Assembly (NCBI RefSeq): GCF_001194135.2
Contig: NC_068983.1
Coordinates: forward strand, 152,548,422 to 152,612,421
Length of the DNA stretch: 64,000 nt
DNA from: Octopus bimaculoides
Lineage: Eukaryota
Direction: 5' to 3'
Position 1 is the first letter of the stretch. Every line of letters starts with the position of its first letter. The notes under the pieces are model-generated. The model ran no database searches and had not been told where the DNA came from. It saw only the letters and a list, made by a program, of their open reading frames with translations. Positions 1 to 12,110 of this stretch are shown piece by piece. Position numbers and translations under genes: made by a program.

Positions 1-239
1 GTAAACACACCAGAATCGGTTGTCAAGAGATGGTGGGGGGGGACAAATACAGACACACAAACACACATACATATATATATACATATATACGACGGGCTTC
101 TTTCAGTTTCCGTCTACCAAATCCACTCACAAGGCTTTGGTCGGCCCGAGGCTATAGTAGAAGACACTTGCCCAAAGTGCCACGCAGTGGGACTGAACGC
201 GGAACCATGTGGTTGGTAAGCAAGCTACTTACCACACAG
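1..239 (-). mobile_element. tRNA-derived SINE, family A (head, core and internal microsatellite; continues beyond window start)
   Basis: Minus strand reads CTGTGTGGTAAGTAGCTTGC (A-box-like) ... GTTCAGTCCC (B-box-like) ... GGCACTTTGGGCAAGTGTCTTCTACTATAGCCTCGGGCCGACC. Near-identical modules occur at 30949, 37310, 46491 and 54922. Confidence 0.85.
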
Positions 240-427
240 GCACAAATTAAATCTTGCCATGGAAGAATGTAGTGGCGGACAAAAAACAAGACAGATGGTA
301 TGTGTATGTGTGTGTATTTTCTGTGTGTCTGTGCCTGTGCGTGCGTTTATAAAAGTTGCAATTGGTCTTGAAATATAAAAATAAGAGGAAATTTAAACAA
401 GGATTGAATTACTAATAACATCTCCGT

Positions 428-572
428 CGCCACCACCACCACTACCACCACCACCCCCATGATCTACAACCACTACTACAACCACCACCACCACTGCCGC
501 CACCGCCATTGCCAACGCTGCCATGCTACTACCACTACTACTACTACTACTAATACTACTACTACTACTACT
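428..572 (+). repeat. (CAC)n/(TAC)n compound trinucleotide microsatellite
   Basis: Read directly. Confidence 0.9.
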
Positions 573-1072
573 ACAGCGATTGCTTTAGCGATTGCTGATA
601 CTCTTCGGATTATTACATGAACGATATAATGGCCAATAGAATTTCCGTTTCAGAACTCAATATCCGATAAAACTGTTATTGTTCATAGCGATATTCAACG
701 TTTGAATTAAATGGAAATCGAAACCGCGAAGATGAAGGAATATTTCGATTTAATCAATTCCACGTTTGTTTCAACCATCAGTCATTTGTTCCGGTTCTGA
801 ATCCTAGAATAAATTTTACAGGTGTAGAAATTACACTGAGGCACCCCTATTTAGGTTACAGCTAATGAAATTCAACCTTAACTTTTTTTGTTGATTGGAA
901 CGTTAGTATTTAGCAACTTAGAAGGGATTGAAATTAACGTAGGGGTGCTTAAAAACTCAGAATGCAACGTAACGTAATCATTTACCACAAGTAATTTTGT
1001 TTGGCAGCCTTGTGTTTCTCATATCTACTTGATACATAGAAATCTTCATGGGCATGATATTAGCAATTTTGT

Positions 1073-1449
1073 TGTTGGCACTCCGTCGCTTACGACGTCG
1101 AGGGTTCCAGTTGATCCGATCAACGGAACAGCCTGCTCGTGAAATTAACGTGCAAGTGGCTGAGCACTCCACAGACACGTGTACCCTTAACGTAGTTCTC
1201 GGGGATATTCAGCGTGACACAGTGTGACAAGGCTGGTCCTTTGAAATACGGGTACAACAGAAACAGGAAGAAAGTTCTGGTGAAAGAGTACAGCAGGGTT
1301 CGCCACCATCCCCTGCCGGAGCCTTGTGAAGCTTTAGGTGTTTTCGCTCAATAAACACTCACAATGCCCGGTCTGGGAATCGGAATCGAAACCGCGATCC
1401 TATGACCGCGATTCCGCTGCCCAAACCACTGGGCCATTGCGCCTCCAGA
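1073..1449 (-). mobile_element. tRNA-derived SINE, family B, full length
   Basis: Minus-strand head GGAGGCGCAATGGCCCAGTGG (A box) ... GTTTCGATTCC (B box); 3' end ...CGTAAGCGACGGAGTGCCAACAA. Imperfect TSD ATATTA(G/A)CAATT at about 1057 and 1450. Homologous to 32073-32456. Confidence 0.9.
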
Positions 1450-1652
1450 ATATTAACAATTGTTACAGGAATATAAACAAGATTTTGCGCCAAAGAGCCA
1501 AGATGAGAGTTTCTCTCGTGGTGATTATCGCAGTATAATTTTTTCTAATAGAACATCCACGTTTAAGTGGGGATACAACTACCTCTGTGTATTAATACTG
1601 TTTGTATGACTAATACATAATTATTACGGCATCTTCTAGGCTTTATCTTTTA

Positions 1653-1860
1653 TCTTTTACTTGTTTCCACCATTAGGCTGCAGCCATGGTAGGGCTCTGC
1701 TTTGAAGGGTTGAGACGAGTAAATTGTTCCCAGCCCTTGCTTTTAAAGCTTGTTAGTTATTCTGTCGGTCTCGTAATGCCGAAGTTCTAAGTGGCGGTGA
1801 TACCAGGACTGATTATCAGGTAACGGTAAAGGACGGACGCAAAGACACACATGCACTCAC
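1653..1860 (-). mobile_element. Degenerate 3' part of family A SINE
   Basis: TCTTTTACTTGTTTC...CAGCCATGG...TATTCTGTCGGTCTC matches the tails at 31717 and 53596. Confidence 0.6.
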
Positions 1861-1865
1861 ACACG

Positions 1866-1896
<31 letters not shown>

Positions 1897-1977
1897 GGAG
1901 AGAGAGAGAGATAGAGAGAGAGAAAGAGAGAGAGAGAGAAAGAGAGAGAGAGAAATAGAGAGAGAGAGAGAGATACA

Positions 1978-2010
<33 letters not shown>

Positions 2011-2100
2011 NNNNNNNNNNNNNNNNNNNNNNNNNNNNNNNNNNNNNNNNNNNNNNTATATATATATATATACATATATATATATACATGTATATGTATA

Positions 2101-3800
2101 TCAGTCCTGAACTTCTCTGCCACTGATAGGTTGTTGCTTGATTTACATCAGCATTTCGACTTCGAAGTATATACTGTCCTTGTAGACGTTTCTGGCTCCA
2201 CCATTCATTAGTTTGTCTCTGCTCGTTCTTTTTTGTAGTCTGCTCGATCCATTTTGCTTGTGATTTGCGGCAGTGGTTTGAGGTTCTTCAAATAATTCAG
2301 AATTTATGTCAAATTACCTTTCTTGACAATAGTAAGTGAATTTTGCAGGCTTTGGTCAAGTTCTCTGTTCTGATTAACTACAACGTCCAGTTCTCTGTAC
2401 TGGTCAACTACCTGTTCATTGCTATTGTGGCGGTCTTATAGTACAGTTCTACCAGCATAATTGCTAACCCCCATTACTTCTAGGTAGGTACAGACGATCA
2501 ACATCGGCTTGTTCTTAGAAGTTAGTAGTTTTCTTGACTTCCTGTCCAGGCGTTGGAGTTCTGTAAGATTCCAGTTAATGATGCTGAAAGTATATTGGTC
2601 TACTGGAAGTGCCAGGGTGTTAATGGCTTCGATGCAATTTGTAGAGATGAGTTCAGGTTTTGGCATGAGTCTTATTCTTCTGTAATATTCCTATCTTATT
2701 TTGTCCTTCGTGGTAGCACGTTGTATACCATCTCTTTCTTTTATCCCCAGGTATTTGTAATTTTGTTATGGGTCAAACTCCTTGATGGTAGTGTCGGTAT
2801 CTAATTCAACAATGGAAGTTGTTTGCCTGAGCTTGCCACTTTAGCACGCTTATCAAAGACAAAGTCCATCCCGATGTCATTACTGAATTCTTTAACAGTT
2901 GTTAGCACACCTACCAGCTCTTCATCATTTCTAGCAAACAGTTTCAGATCATCCATATAAAACAGATGGTTTATTGTCGTATTGTAAACAGTGAACGCAT
3001 ACCCGGTGTTATTTAGCTCGTTTGAGAGTGGGATCAGTGCCATGCAAAAAAGTAATGGGGAGAGGGAGTCACCTTGAAAGATGCCTCGTTTAATGTTGAT
3101 GTTGTTAGATTGGCGCAGGCCTTTACTATGGCATAGAAGGAGACGTGTGTTCCACTTGATCTCGTTACCTGGTATGAATTTGGAGATGACAGGAAATATT
3201 TTATATATCTCAAGGGCCTTGAGTATCCAATTATGTGGGACACTATCAAACGCTTTCCGGAAGGCTATCCATGCCATACTCAGGTTCTGTTTGCTCCGGC
3301 AATTCTCTACAATCATTTTACTTATGAGTAGTTGATCTTGGCACCCATAAGAATTCCTTTTACAACCTTTTTAGGCACTTGGAAGGATAGATCTATGTTC
3401 AAGGAAAACGCCTATTCCGTGAATTAACATGGATGCGAGATCTTGTAGGTGGTGTTGAAACAGGTTACTGGTCGGTAGTTCTTAGGATTTATTGTCTTCA
3501 GTTTTTGGTAGAAGGTATGTTGTTTCTTCGGTCAGCCAGACAGGTATTTGCTCTGGTTTGGGGATGGTATCAGTCAGAGACGGAGTGAAATTTTGGTTCA
3601 CTTCTGTCAGAAAATTTATTCAGAAGTTAGGAATTCGGTCCAGCTCTGGGGTTTTCCATTTGTGAGACTTCCGAAGAACACATCTTAGCTTTTCTATTCC
3701 TATTGCATCCCATTTCTGTTCTTCAACTTCATCCAGTTCAATTTATCACGCTCTTTCCAATCAGTTTTTGCATTATATTATTTTTGTTGCCCCATATCTT
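2101..3800 (-). mobile_element. Non-LTR retrotransposon RT fragment, R4/Dong-like (RLE-type), frameshifted
   Basis: Minus-strand translation gives GCQDQLLISKMIVENC, KAFDSVPH, IKRGIFQGDSLSPLLFC, INHLFYMDDLKL, AINTLALPV..Y.FSIINW..ELQRLDRKSRKLLT and W.QKRLQGQY. These are motifs typical of R4/Dong-clade RTs. Confidence 0.85.
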
Positions 3801-3821
3801 ATTCTAGAACTCTTCTATTTC

Positions 3822-3850
3822 CAATAATAATAATAATAATAATAATAATG

Positions 3851-3948
<98 letters not shown>

Positions 3949-3968
3949 AAGAAGAAGAAGAACAAGAA
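3822..3968 (+). repeat. (TAA)n followed by (GAA)n compound microsatellite
   Basis: Read directly. Confidence 0.95.
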
Positions 3969-5016
3969 GGAGGGGTAATTTCTTTTATTACTTAAAGTGA
4001 GGATAATACTAGGACGAAATACCAGGACACAAAAAGTATGATTCATATAGAATAAAAGTAAAAAAAACCTGAGGGCATTGACGTGTTTGATTGGAAATTT
4101 GCTTCACAGCCACATCATTCCGAGTTCAGTTTCACTGCGTAGCACCTTCGGACCACCCAAAAGCCTAGTGAGTAGATATACATAGGAATGACTTTTGAGT
4201 AATTGTTTAAAGCAACTTGAATATATCTGATTGTGATCGGAAGTCTAGGATTCGCCTACTGTCCATATGACCCCTGCTCCAGTTCGACTGAGAAAAATTT
4301 CATGCATGAAGCAAGCAGATTGAAGATTGTGTTTTAAGGGTTATCATGAAATCGACCAAATATTTACTTATACCGGTTTTGAAAGTAAGCTCATCATAAT
4401 ATAATAACAATCCTAAAGTTTAAATTCAGAATTTCTTTAATTTTCATTCTTGAAATTTTCACCATGCAGTGAGAGTGAAAACACTTCAGTTCAATGTAAA
4501 GCATACTATAACAATAACTCTGGTTGTAAAACCACCACCAATACCATTAGGACTCCGGATATTTTTCAGATATTCCTCTCCCAGCAATGCTGTCGAGTCG
4601 TTGACAGTTCTAGACAATCCGTGCAGGCAAAAATAATAGCATCAGCCGGGATTTACAAACGGACGACGATGTTCGAAATTTCAAATGGACGAAGAAACTG
4701 TCCTACTTGCACTCGCTAAGTTTTCAACTGTTGCTGATTTGTGTAGTTTTTTTTCGAACGGCTTATCTCGAATACGAAATGCATCAAGCTATGGCACATG
4801 GTTGAGTATAAACTATTAACAGTGATATTTACCTCATTTATCTTCAGCAGACTCAGTCATTAAAAACAAATGTATATATATCTGAGTGAACACGCATACA
4901 ATAACACCCACCCGCTAATAAAAAAATCTAAATTCACAATACACACGCGCACACACACATATGCATGTATGTATGTATGTATGTATGTATGTATGTATGT
5001 ATGCATGCATGTATGC

Positions 5017-5097
<81 letters not shown>

Positions 5098-5907
5098 TAC
5101 ATATATATATACATACATACATGCATACATACATACATACATACATGTATACATACATACATACATATATACACACACGCGCGCATATATTCATCTGTAG
5201 GTCCCTTCTGAATTCATTCAGTAGCATCTACTGTCATTGTTGTTCTTGTTAGTGATGGTGATGATGATGGTGATGATGATGAAGATGTAAAGATGGTGGG
5301 GCTGGTAGTGAAGATGATGATAATAAATAATCGATGAAGATGGATGATGACTGTAATAAATTAAAATAGCGAAATAAAAAATAAATCAGTAAAACAAGAT
5401 GATTGATTGAAAAAGCAAAACAAAAACAAATTCAATTGTCAAAATTGAAAGAAGTAGGTTAATGCCTGGTGCATGTGTAAAGTGTACAACTATATTGCAG
5501 CAAAATCAACGATCATTGCTTTTACTACAAATAATAAAAATATTAAGGCACAAGATCAGGAATCAGGTAGGAGAACTCAAATCAACGTAATATCTAACTG
5601 ATAGTTTACTTCTAACGACCATTACGGGATATGAATGAAAACCTTAAACGTACACTACAAGGGACTATAACTTCATATAAAACTTTTCGCGGAGGAAAAC
5701 TGTTGTGTCGACGCCCCCAAGCGAAGAAGTAGGATCGTCCAAGACATATAAATAGAGATAGTCTGACCGTGGTAGAGGGTTGAGTAGCTGACGGGTAGCT
5801 GACGAGTATCTGACGAGTAGCCGTCGTGTAGCGGTTGAGTAGAGATCATCCAAAGGTGTAGATAGCAGTAGCTTGGGACATAACATAAACATAGAGAATA
5901 TACATAA

Positions 5908-7078
5908 GAATGTGGGTATCAAAAGATTCCCGGAATAGTTACGCTCAATAAAAAATAACATATTTACCTAAGTTTTAGTATTATCTCCTTCGAAATAGTC
6001 ACCTTGCGCAGCAATACACCGGTCCCAACGTTTCTATCACTTTTGGAATCCGGGATGGAAGTCGTTTTACGTAATCAATTCAAGGTCCTTTTGCGATTCG
6101 CTTTGAATCTCGACAATGGTATTAAAACGATGACCTTTCAGTTGTATTTTCGTCGTAGGGAAGAGATGGAAGAGCGCAGGTGCTAAATCTGGTAAAGAGG
6201 GCAGGAGCAGAAGCGACACCATGTTGTTTTTGGCGACAAAATCGCGTGTGAGGAGAGCTCGGTGATAGAGTGCATTGTTGCTGTGAAGAATCCAATTCGC
6301 TCTCCACACATCCGGCCGCTTTCACCGAATGTCCTCTCTCAAACGCTTCAAGATGTCGCAGTAGAACCCTCGATTGACGGTCTTGCCCTGGGGCGCTAAT
6401 TCTCGATGCACAATACCATGGATGTCGAAAACTACAATGCTCTTGAGTGAGATGCGGCTCTATCTCGCCTTCTCCGGTCGTGAAAATGAAGGCCTCTTCC
6501 ATTGTGACAGATTACTGCTTCGTCTCAGGGCCGTAGCCATAGACCAAACTCACGTAACTGGTGATGAATGGTTAACTGCATGGACCCATACGACAAACCT
6601 ACAACATCAGCAATGTCTTTAGTTGTCTTCCGATGACCCCCACGCATAAGCTGATGAATTTTCTCCACATTTCCAGAGATAACTTTCTTAACAGTTCTTC
6701 CAGATCACTCAACGTTGTCCAGGGAGGTTCTTCTGCTTTTGAAACCTCCGTGTTACGCGAAACATTGCATACGACCCGTTGTCGCATCATCGTAATCTGG
6801 CCGAACCATAATCTCTATAATCGACTTCCCACGTTCAACATAAAATTTCAAGTTGACTCCATGTTCCAAACTCCGATTCATGCAAAGTCGCAGATGTACA
6901 GCATACACGTGATCACAAAAACATAAATTTCATAACTTACGAAGTAAACAAAACAATGTCACTCGACACGCTGTCTCATGAATGTCACTGCTGCTCTCAC
7001 AGCGCACGCATCTATTTGCTGCGATCTGTTGGCGCGCTACAAAACAAGTCTGGGAACATTTCGGTACGACCCCCGCAG
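5908..7078 (-). mobile_element. Decayed mariner transposon
   Basis: Minus-strand frames give WILHSNNALYHRALLTRDFVAKNNMVSL..PSLPDLAPALFHLFP..K.QLKGHRF, the HxDNA/YSPDLAP region of a mariner transposase. Loosely complementary ends near 5910 and 7070. Confidence 0.8.
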
Positions 7079-7188
7079 AAACATACATGCAAACATACAT
7101 GTACACGCACACACACAGAAACAGACACACATACACACACAGAAATACAAACACACATACATACATATATATATATAACAGAGTATAA

Positions 7189-7231
<43 letters not shown>

Positions 7232-8039
7232 NNNNNNNNNNNNNNNNNNNNNNNNNNNNNNNNNNNNNNNNNNNNNNNNNNNNNNNNNNNNNNNNNNNNN
7301 NNNNNNNNNNNNNNNNNNNNNNNNNNNNNNNNNNNNNNNNNNNNNNNNNNNNNNNNNNNNNNNNNNNNNNNNNNNNNNNNNNNNNNNNNNNNNNNNNNNN
7401 NNNNNNNNNNNNNNNNNNNNNNNNNNNNNNNNNNNNNNNNNNNNNNNNNNNNNNNNNNNNNNNNNNNNNNNNNNNNNNNNNNNNNNNNNNNNNNNNNNNN
7501 NNNNNNNNNNNNNNNNNNNNNNNNNNNNNNNNNNNNNNNNNNNNNNNNNNNNNNNNNNNNNNNNNNNNNNNNNNNNNNNNNNNNNNNNNNNNNNNNNNNN
7601 NNNNNNNNNNNNNNNNNNNNNNNNNNNNNNNNNNNNNNNNNNNNNNNNNNNNNNNNNNNNNNNNNNNNNNNNNNNNNNNNNNNNNNNNNNNNNNNNNNNN
7701 NNNNNNNNNNNNNNNNNNNNNNNNNNNNNNNNNNNNNNNNNNNNNNNNNNNNNNNNNNNNNNNNNNNNNNNNNNNNNNNNNNNNNNNNNNNNNNNNNNNN
7801 NNNNNNNNNNNNNNNNNNNNNNNNNNNNNNNNNNNNNNNNNNTATATAAAGCAACATGGATTTTAAAGGGTATTGCAGTACGCACGTTTCATGCTACTCC
7901 ATTTATTTGAGTAATGCGAGCATTACATTAAAATGCAAAATGCGGAGAAATCTTCAGCTGCATTAGGATATAGAAAATTTACTGAAAATTTTATTTCAGC
8001 AGAATGAACATATTACTGTTGTGACAACATTTTAAATCT

Positions 8040-8810
8040 AAGTGGGAAAGAAGAATACATAAAAAAAACATCTTGACATAATCTGCTAGCCTTGGCTGGA
8101 AGAACATCTTTCTTTCTTCCACTTCCTTCCTAAAGACAAGACGTGTTTTTGCCTGTCTCTTCGCCAAGCTCGTTTTTCCAGCGTTCACCACTTCACCTCG
8201 TTATGGCTTAACAACCCTCACTGTTTGTTTTATCTTAATTATTCCGATGCGCACTCTCAAAACTATCTATTCTATCTCTCTCTTGTTCGTCTTCTTTTCT
8301 GTTTTTCTCTCCCACCCTTTCTCTAATCCTTCTCACCTCCCCTTCACCGTTCCCTCTCTCTCACTCTTCCTCTTTGACTCTCTCATTGCTCATTCCTGAC
8401 CAACGGCTATCTATTTTTCTTTCTTCCACTTCCTTCCTAAAGAGAAGACGTGCTTTTGCCTGTCTCTTCTCCAAGCTCGTTTTTCCAGTGTTCACCACTT
8501 CACTTCGTTATGGCATAACAGCCCTCACCGCTTGCTTTTACTGTTTTGTCCATACTGTCTTGTTTTTGCTACCTAACTCCCCGCAAAAAATCACAAATTT
8601 TATTTAATTTGCTTTGCAAGAAGGACTGTTTTAACGAAGTAGCGTCTTGTCCCTACCTTCGAAACGCAGAGTCTATAAAGCAGGAGACAACTGATGAAGG
8701 GAATGTTCTTTATGTAAACCTGTCTCGTTTCTGTATTTGTTTCTTTCGTTGTTCAAAAAAGGTCGTTATCTATGCTATTATTTACAGATTTATTTACAGT
8801 CCCTAGGACA
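8040..8810 (+). mobile_element. Penelope-like terminal-repeat relic with internal ~130 bp direct repeat (about 8105-8235 and 8417-8545)
   Basis: Aligns in opposite orientation to 21300-21960 and 22500-23060 (CACCTCGTTATGGC..., CAAATTTTATTT, CTGATGAAGGG..TTCTTTATGT, TTTCGTTGTTC). PLE assignment is inferred from hammerhead-like motifs and the tandem/inverted arrangement. Confidence 0.5.
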
Positions 8811-8899
8811 GGTTTGGTAGTTGGATGTTATGCTAAATTATGTGTGTGATCTTTTAAACTTATGTAACTCAAACTTGTAATCACCATTATCCAAGTATC

Positions 8900-9690
8900 C
8901 AGTGAGTAAAAGATACCTTCGAGCATTATACAGTCCTGAAAGTGTCTCACCTCCCAAATTGCAGCTGATCCTTCTGGATGCTTCCTGCAAAGAATCTACT
9001 CCGGCTTTGTGGAGTTATTTCCTCTAAACAACGATAGATCCATAAGCGTTGCTTTCATAGTGAATGCCTTCATGATCATTAGCCGATTGCATTCAAATCC
9101 ACACTATACATCTATGCCCAATCTCATCCAAATCTACCCCGATCCACTCCAACAATCCCCTCACTCCTCAAATATAAACACCAGGTGCATAAAGTTTTTT
9201 CGCTTTTTCAAACAATCATGGTCGATGGCTCTCAAATTGTCAATTCCATTTCACCTAAATATTACGTCTCAAAGTTGCTTCGACACTCACTAATCTCTTT
9301 AATATTTCACTCTCCCCAGAGATATAACCTCAGTTTTAGAAGCATGCTACAGGGAAACCTGCAATGAAGTACTGCAACAACTGTTGTGCTACTGATACGT
9401 GCACAAATATCCTTTACTGCATCCATAGATCGTCTGATTACCCTTAAATTATAAACAGATATACACGAGTATCTAGCTCAAAAGCTTGTTATCTCCTCTA
9501 TTTCTGCCATTGCTGCTGTCATGGCAATTGCTACTCAGAGCTGGCTGGTATTTGCTACTCAGGCATCTCGGACACCAAGACCTTCACCTGCCCTTTAGAA
9601 TTTAGTTCCGGCTCATATTTTTCCAGCAGGCAGTGACCTACAGCAATTTAAGCAGAACATTAACAGAATCACACTCCTGGATTTTGGCGA
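8900..9690 (+). mobile_element. Decayed CR1/L2/Jockey-group LINE, C-terminal RT region and 3' end
   Basis: Fragments PAMKYCNN (cf. PxMEYC), CHGNCYSELAGI (cf. YHGxCSSEL) and PAL*NLVPAHIFPAGSDLQQFKQNINR (cf. LWNxLPxxVFPxxYNLxxFKxxVNR) appear in the expected order. Confidence 0.55.
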
Positions 9691-9775
9691 GTCTGCTAAT
9701 ATTGTGGGCATTGAACTTTCCTCTACATTCTGCAAAACAGAAAAATCAAACAAACAAAAACTCTATAGGAATATT

Positions 9776-9989
9776 TTTTTCTACTCTAGGCACAAGACCT
9801 GGAATTTTTGAAGAAGGGGCCAGTCGATTAGATCGAACCCAGTATGCAACTGGTACTAAATTTATCGACCCCGACAAGATGAATGGCAAAGTCGACCTCG
9901 GCGGAATTTGAACTCAGAACGTAAAAGCGAACGCAATACCGCTAAGCATTTCGTCCGGCGTGCTAACGTTTCTGCCGGCTCCGCGCCTT
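9776..9989 (-). mobile_element. tRNA-derived SINE, family C, with perfect 16-bp TSD
   Basis: TSD ACTCTATAGGAATATT at 9760-9775 and 9990-10005. B-box-like GTTCAAATTCC, then GAGGTCGACTTTGCC.TTCATC..TCGGGGTCGATAAA..AGTACC, which resembles the Meta-type SINE core as I recall it. Confidence 0.9.
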
Positions 9990-10849
9990 ACTCTATAGGA
10001 ATATTGTTGGTTATTGTTCATTGTAACCACTACGGTCTGGGCATTGATACAGTCATCACATTTACATCCACCGTACCTCCATACATACACATACATACAC
10101 GAACACACATACATACATATGTATGCACATACATGCATATAGGTAAACATACATCTATGTATGTAAAAAAGTTACTTAAAAAATAAAATATTTTCTATAC
10201 CAAGAATATATATATATATATATTCTCTTCTATATTTCAAGTTCCTATCGGAAAATTGTCGCCGGTGATGTTGGTACCGTTGGTAGGGTTAGAGTGGCAG
10301 TTAAAAGAAAAAGAAAACAAAGAAAATACAGAAAAATCGTTTTTACAATTACAATACAAAATATAAAACAAAACCAAGCGAAAACAAGATAGAAGCAAAA
10401 AAAAAAAAAACAGTACTATTAGAGCCTAACTTAGCGATGACCTACTTTATTGAATAATTTATTGACTGTCACTTCGAAAACTAGTCGAGATGTAAGGCAG
10501 TTAAATGTATGTCTTTATGTCAAGGTCAGGCACAGACGTGACAATACACAAAATAATTTGTTATTTCGAATTGTTATATTTTTTACCAAAATATTTGTTG
10601 TTCATGACCTCATGTGAAAACAGGTTATTGTTTAGCTTATAGCCAATAGTGTTCCAACTGTGACCAAGCAATCGTTCTATCAGACAATACATCTTATTTT
10701 AATACAATAGCATTGATGTTGGCGAGATTTTTGCGCTGTATCTAGTAACCATCTGGAAATTCTTTTGTTACATATACCCTGATCATTGTACACATACACC
10801 TATCCATTATTATAAACGAAAATTAACTCAGTACATACATATGTATATA

Positions 10850-12110
10850 TAGGATGGGACACGCAAAAATAACCTGAAACGTTCTCTGTGGGACAAGCCG
10901 TTGTAGTTCAGGCTTCCACCGCCAGATGCCACTTGGTGAGCCCCCAGGCATCAGTCTGCCGACCGGCGTTGCCGGCTGGAGTCGTACTGCCATTTGGTGC
11001 GTCTTTGTTTTGCAGTACTTCTCCCCTCTTCGTCGACTTTTGCGATAGCTGAAACGAAGGAACAGCGTGATTCCGTGAAATTCTGTCTTCTGACGGGAAA
11101 AACGGCGGCTGAAACAGATCTCATGGCTCAAACAGCTTAGAAGAACGCTGCTATGAGCAAAGCACACGTTTACGAGTGTTTTTTACACTTTAGGAATTGT
11201 CATTTACCAACCTTATTCACGGTGACCGTCAACCTTCCAAACAAATGAAAATATTACGAAAATTCATGAATTGATCTTGGAGGACCGTCACCGAACGATT
11301 CATGAACTTGTTGATATGGCTTGTGTATCCTGGAGCTCTTGCCAACGAATTTTGAGCGAGGAATTTGTGCCTGACTTGCTCACGGAAGATCAAATACAGT
11401 CGTGACTGAATACGTGTCGTGAATTGAAAGAACAGCCGGAAGTTGATCCAAAGATTTTTTCGAAGATCATCAATGGTAACGAAAGCTATTGCTATGGCAA
11501 CGACCCAGAAACGAAGAAGAAATCAACTAAATGGATGAATTCAATGTCACCACACGCCCCAAAACTGCATCAAGTGAAATCTAATGTCAAAATGAAGCTG
11601 ATTTGTTTCAACGATGTGAAATTGTATACACAGTATTTGTTCTTCCTGGTCAAACTGTTAACCAGACATTTTACTTGGCAGTTCTGGAGGTTTTGCGAGA
11701 CACAGGGAGACGAAAACGCCCCGACCAAAGTGGAGAGAGGTGGTTTCATAACGACAATACACCTTCGCACGCCACATTGAGTGTGAGTTAATTTTTGACC
11801 AAAAATGGCATGACCCCTTTACATACTTTCCCTTTTTACCCGATCTTGCTCCCTGAAAAAATTTTTTTGCTGTCCCTGATCAAAAACGTCCTTACAGGAA
11901 AAAGTTTGGCAGATGTAAAAGAGGTAAAGATAAAAGCGATGGAGACGTTAAAACGCATCACTTCGCAAGAGTTCCAGGACGGCTTCGAACTGTGGAAAAT
12001 GCGTCTGGATCGGTGCATTGCTTCATATGGCGATTAGTTTGAAGGCGATAAAAGTGTAAACATGTAAAAGTAAGTGAATAAAATACTATTGCACAATTCC
12101 ACGACTCCAA
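10850..12110 (+). mobile_element. Decayed mariner transposon
   Basis: EQRDSVKFCLLTGKTAAET, IINGNESYCYGNDPETK (cf. ITGDEtWxYxYDPETK), WFHNDNTPSH and RLDRCIASYGD*FEGD. Many stops and frameshifts; right TIR not recognisable. Confidence 0.85.

Noticed and set aside
1365-1449. tRNA-like sequence with A and B boxes (also at other SINE heads)
   Set aside because: It continues into a SINE body with TSDs; it is not a tRNA gene.
5782-5847. Regular short repeats (also 12140-12220, 57720-57765, 60045-60115) considered as CRISPR-like arrays
   Set aside because: Contiguous tandem repeats with no unique spacers, in a eukaryotic context with no cas genes.
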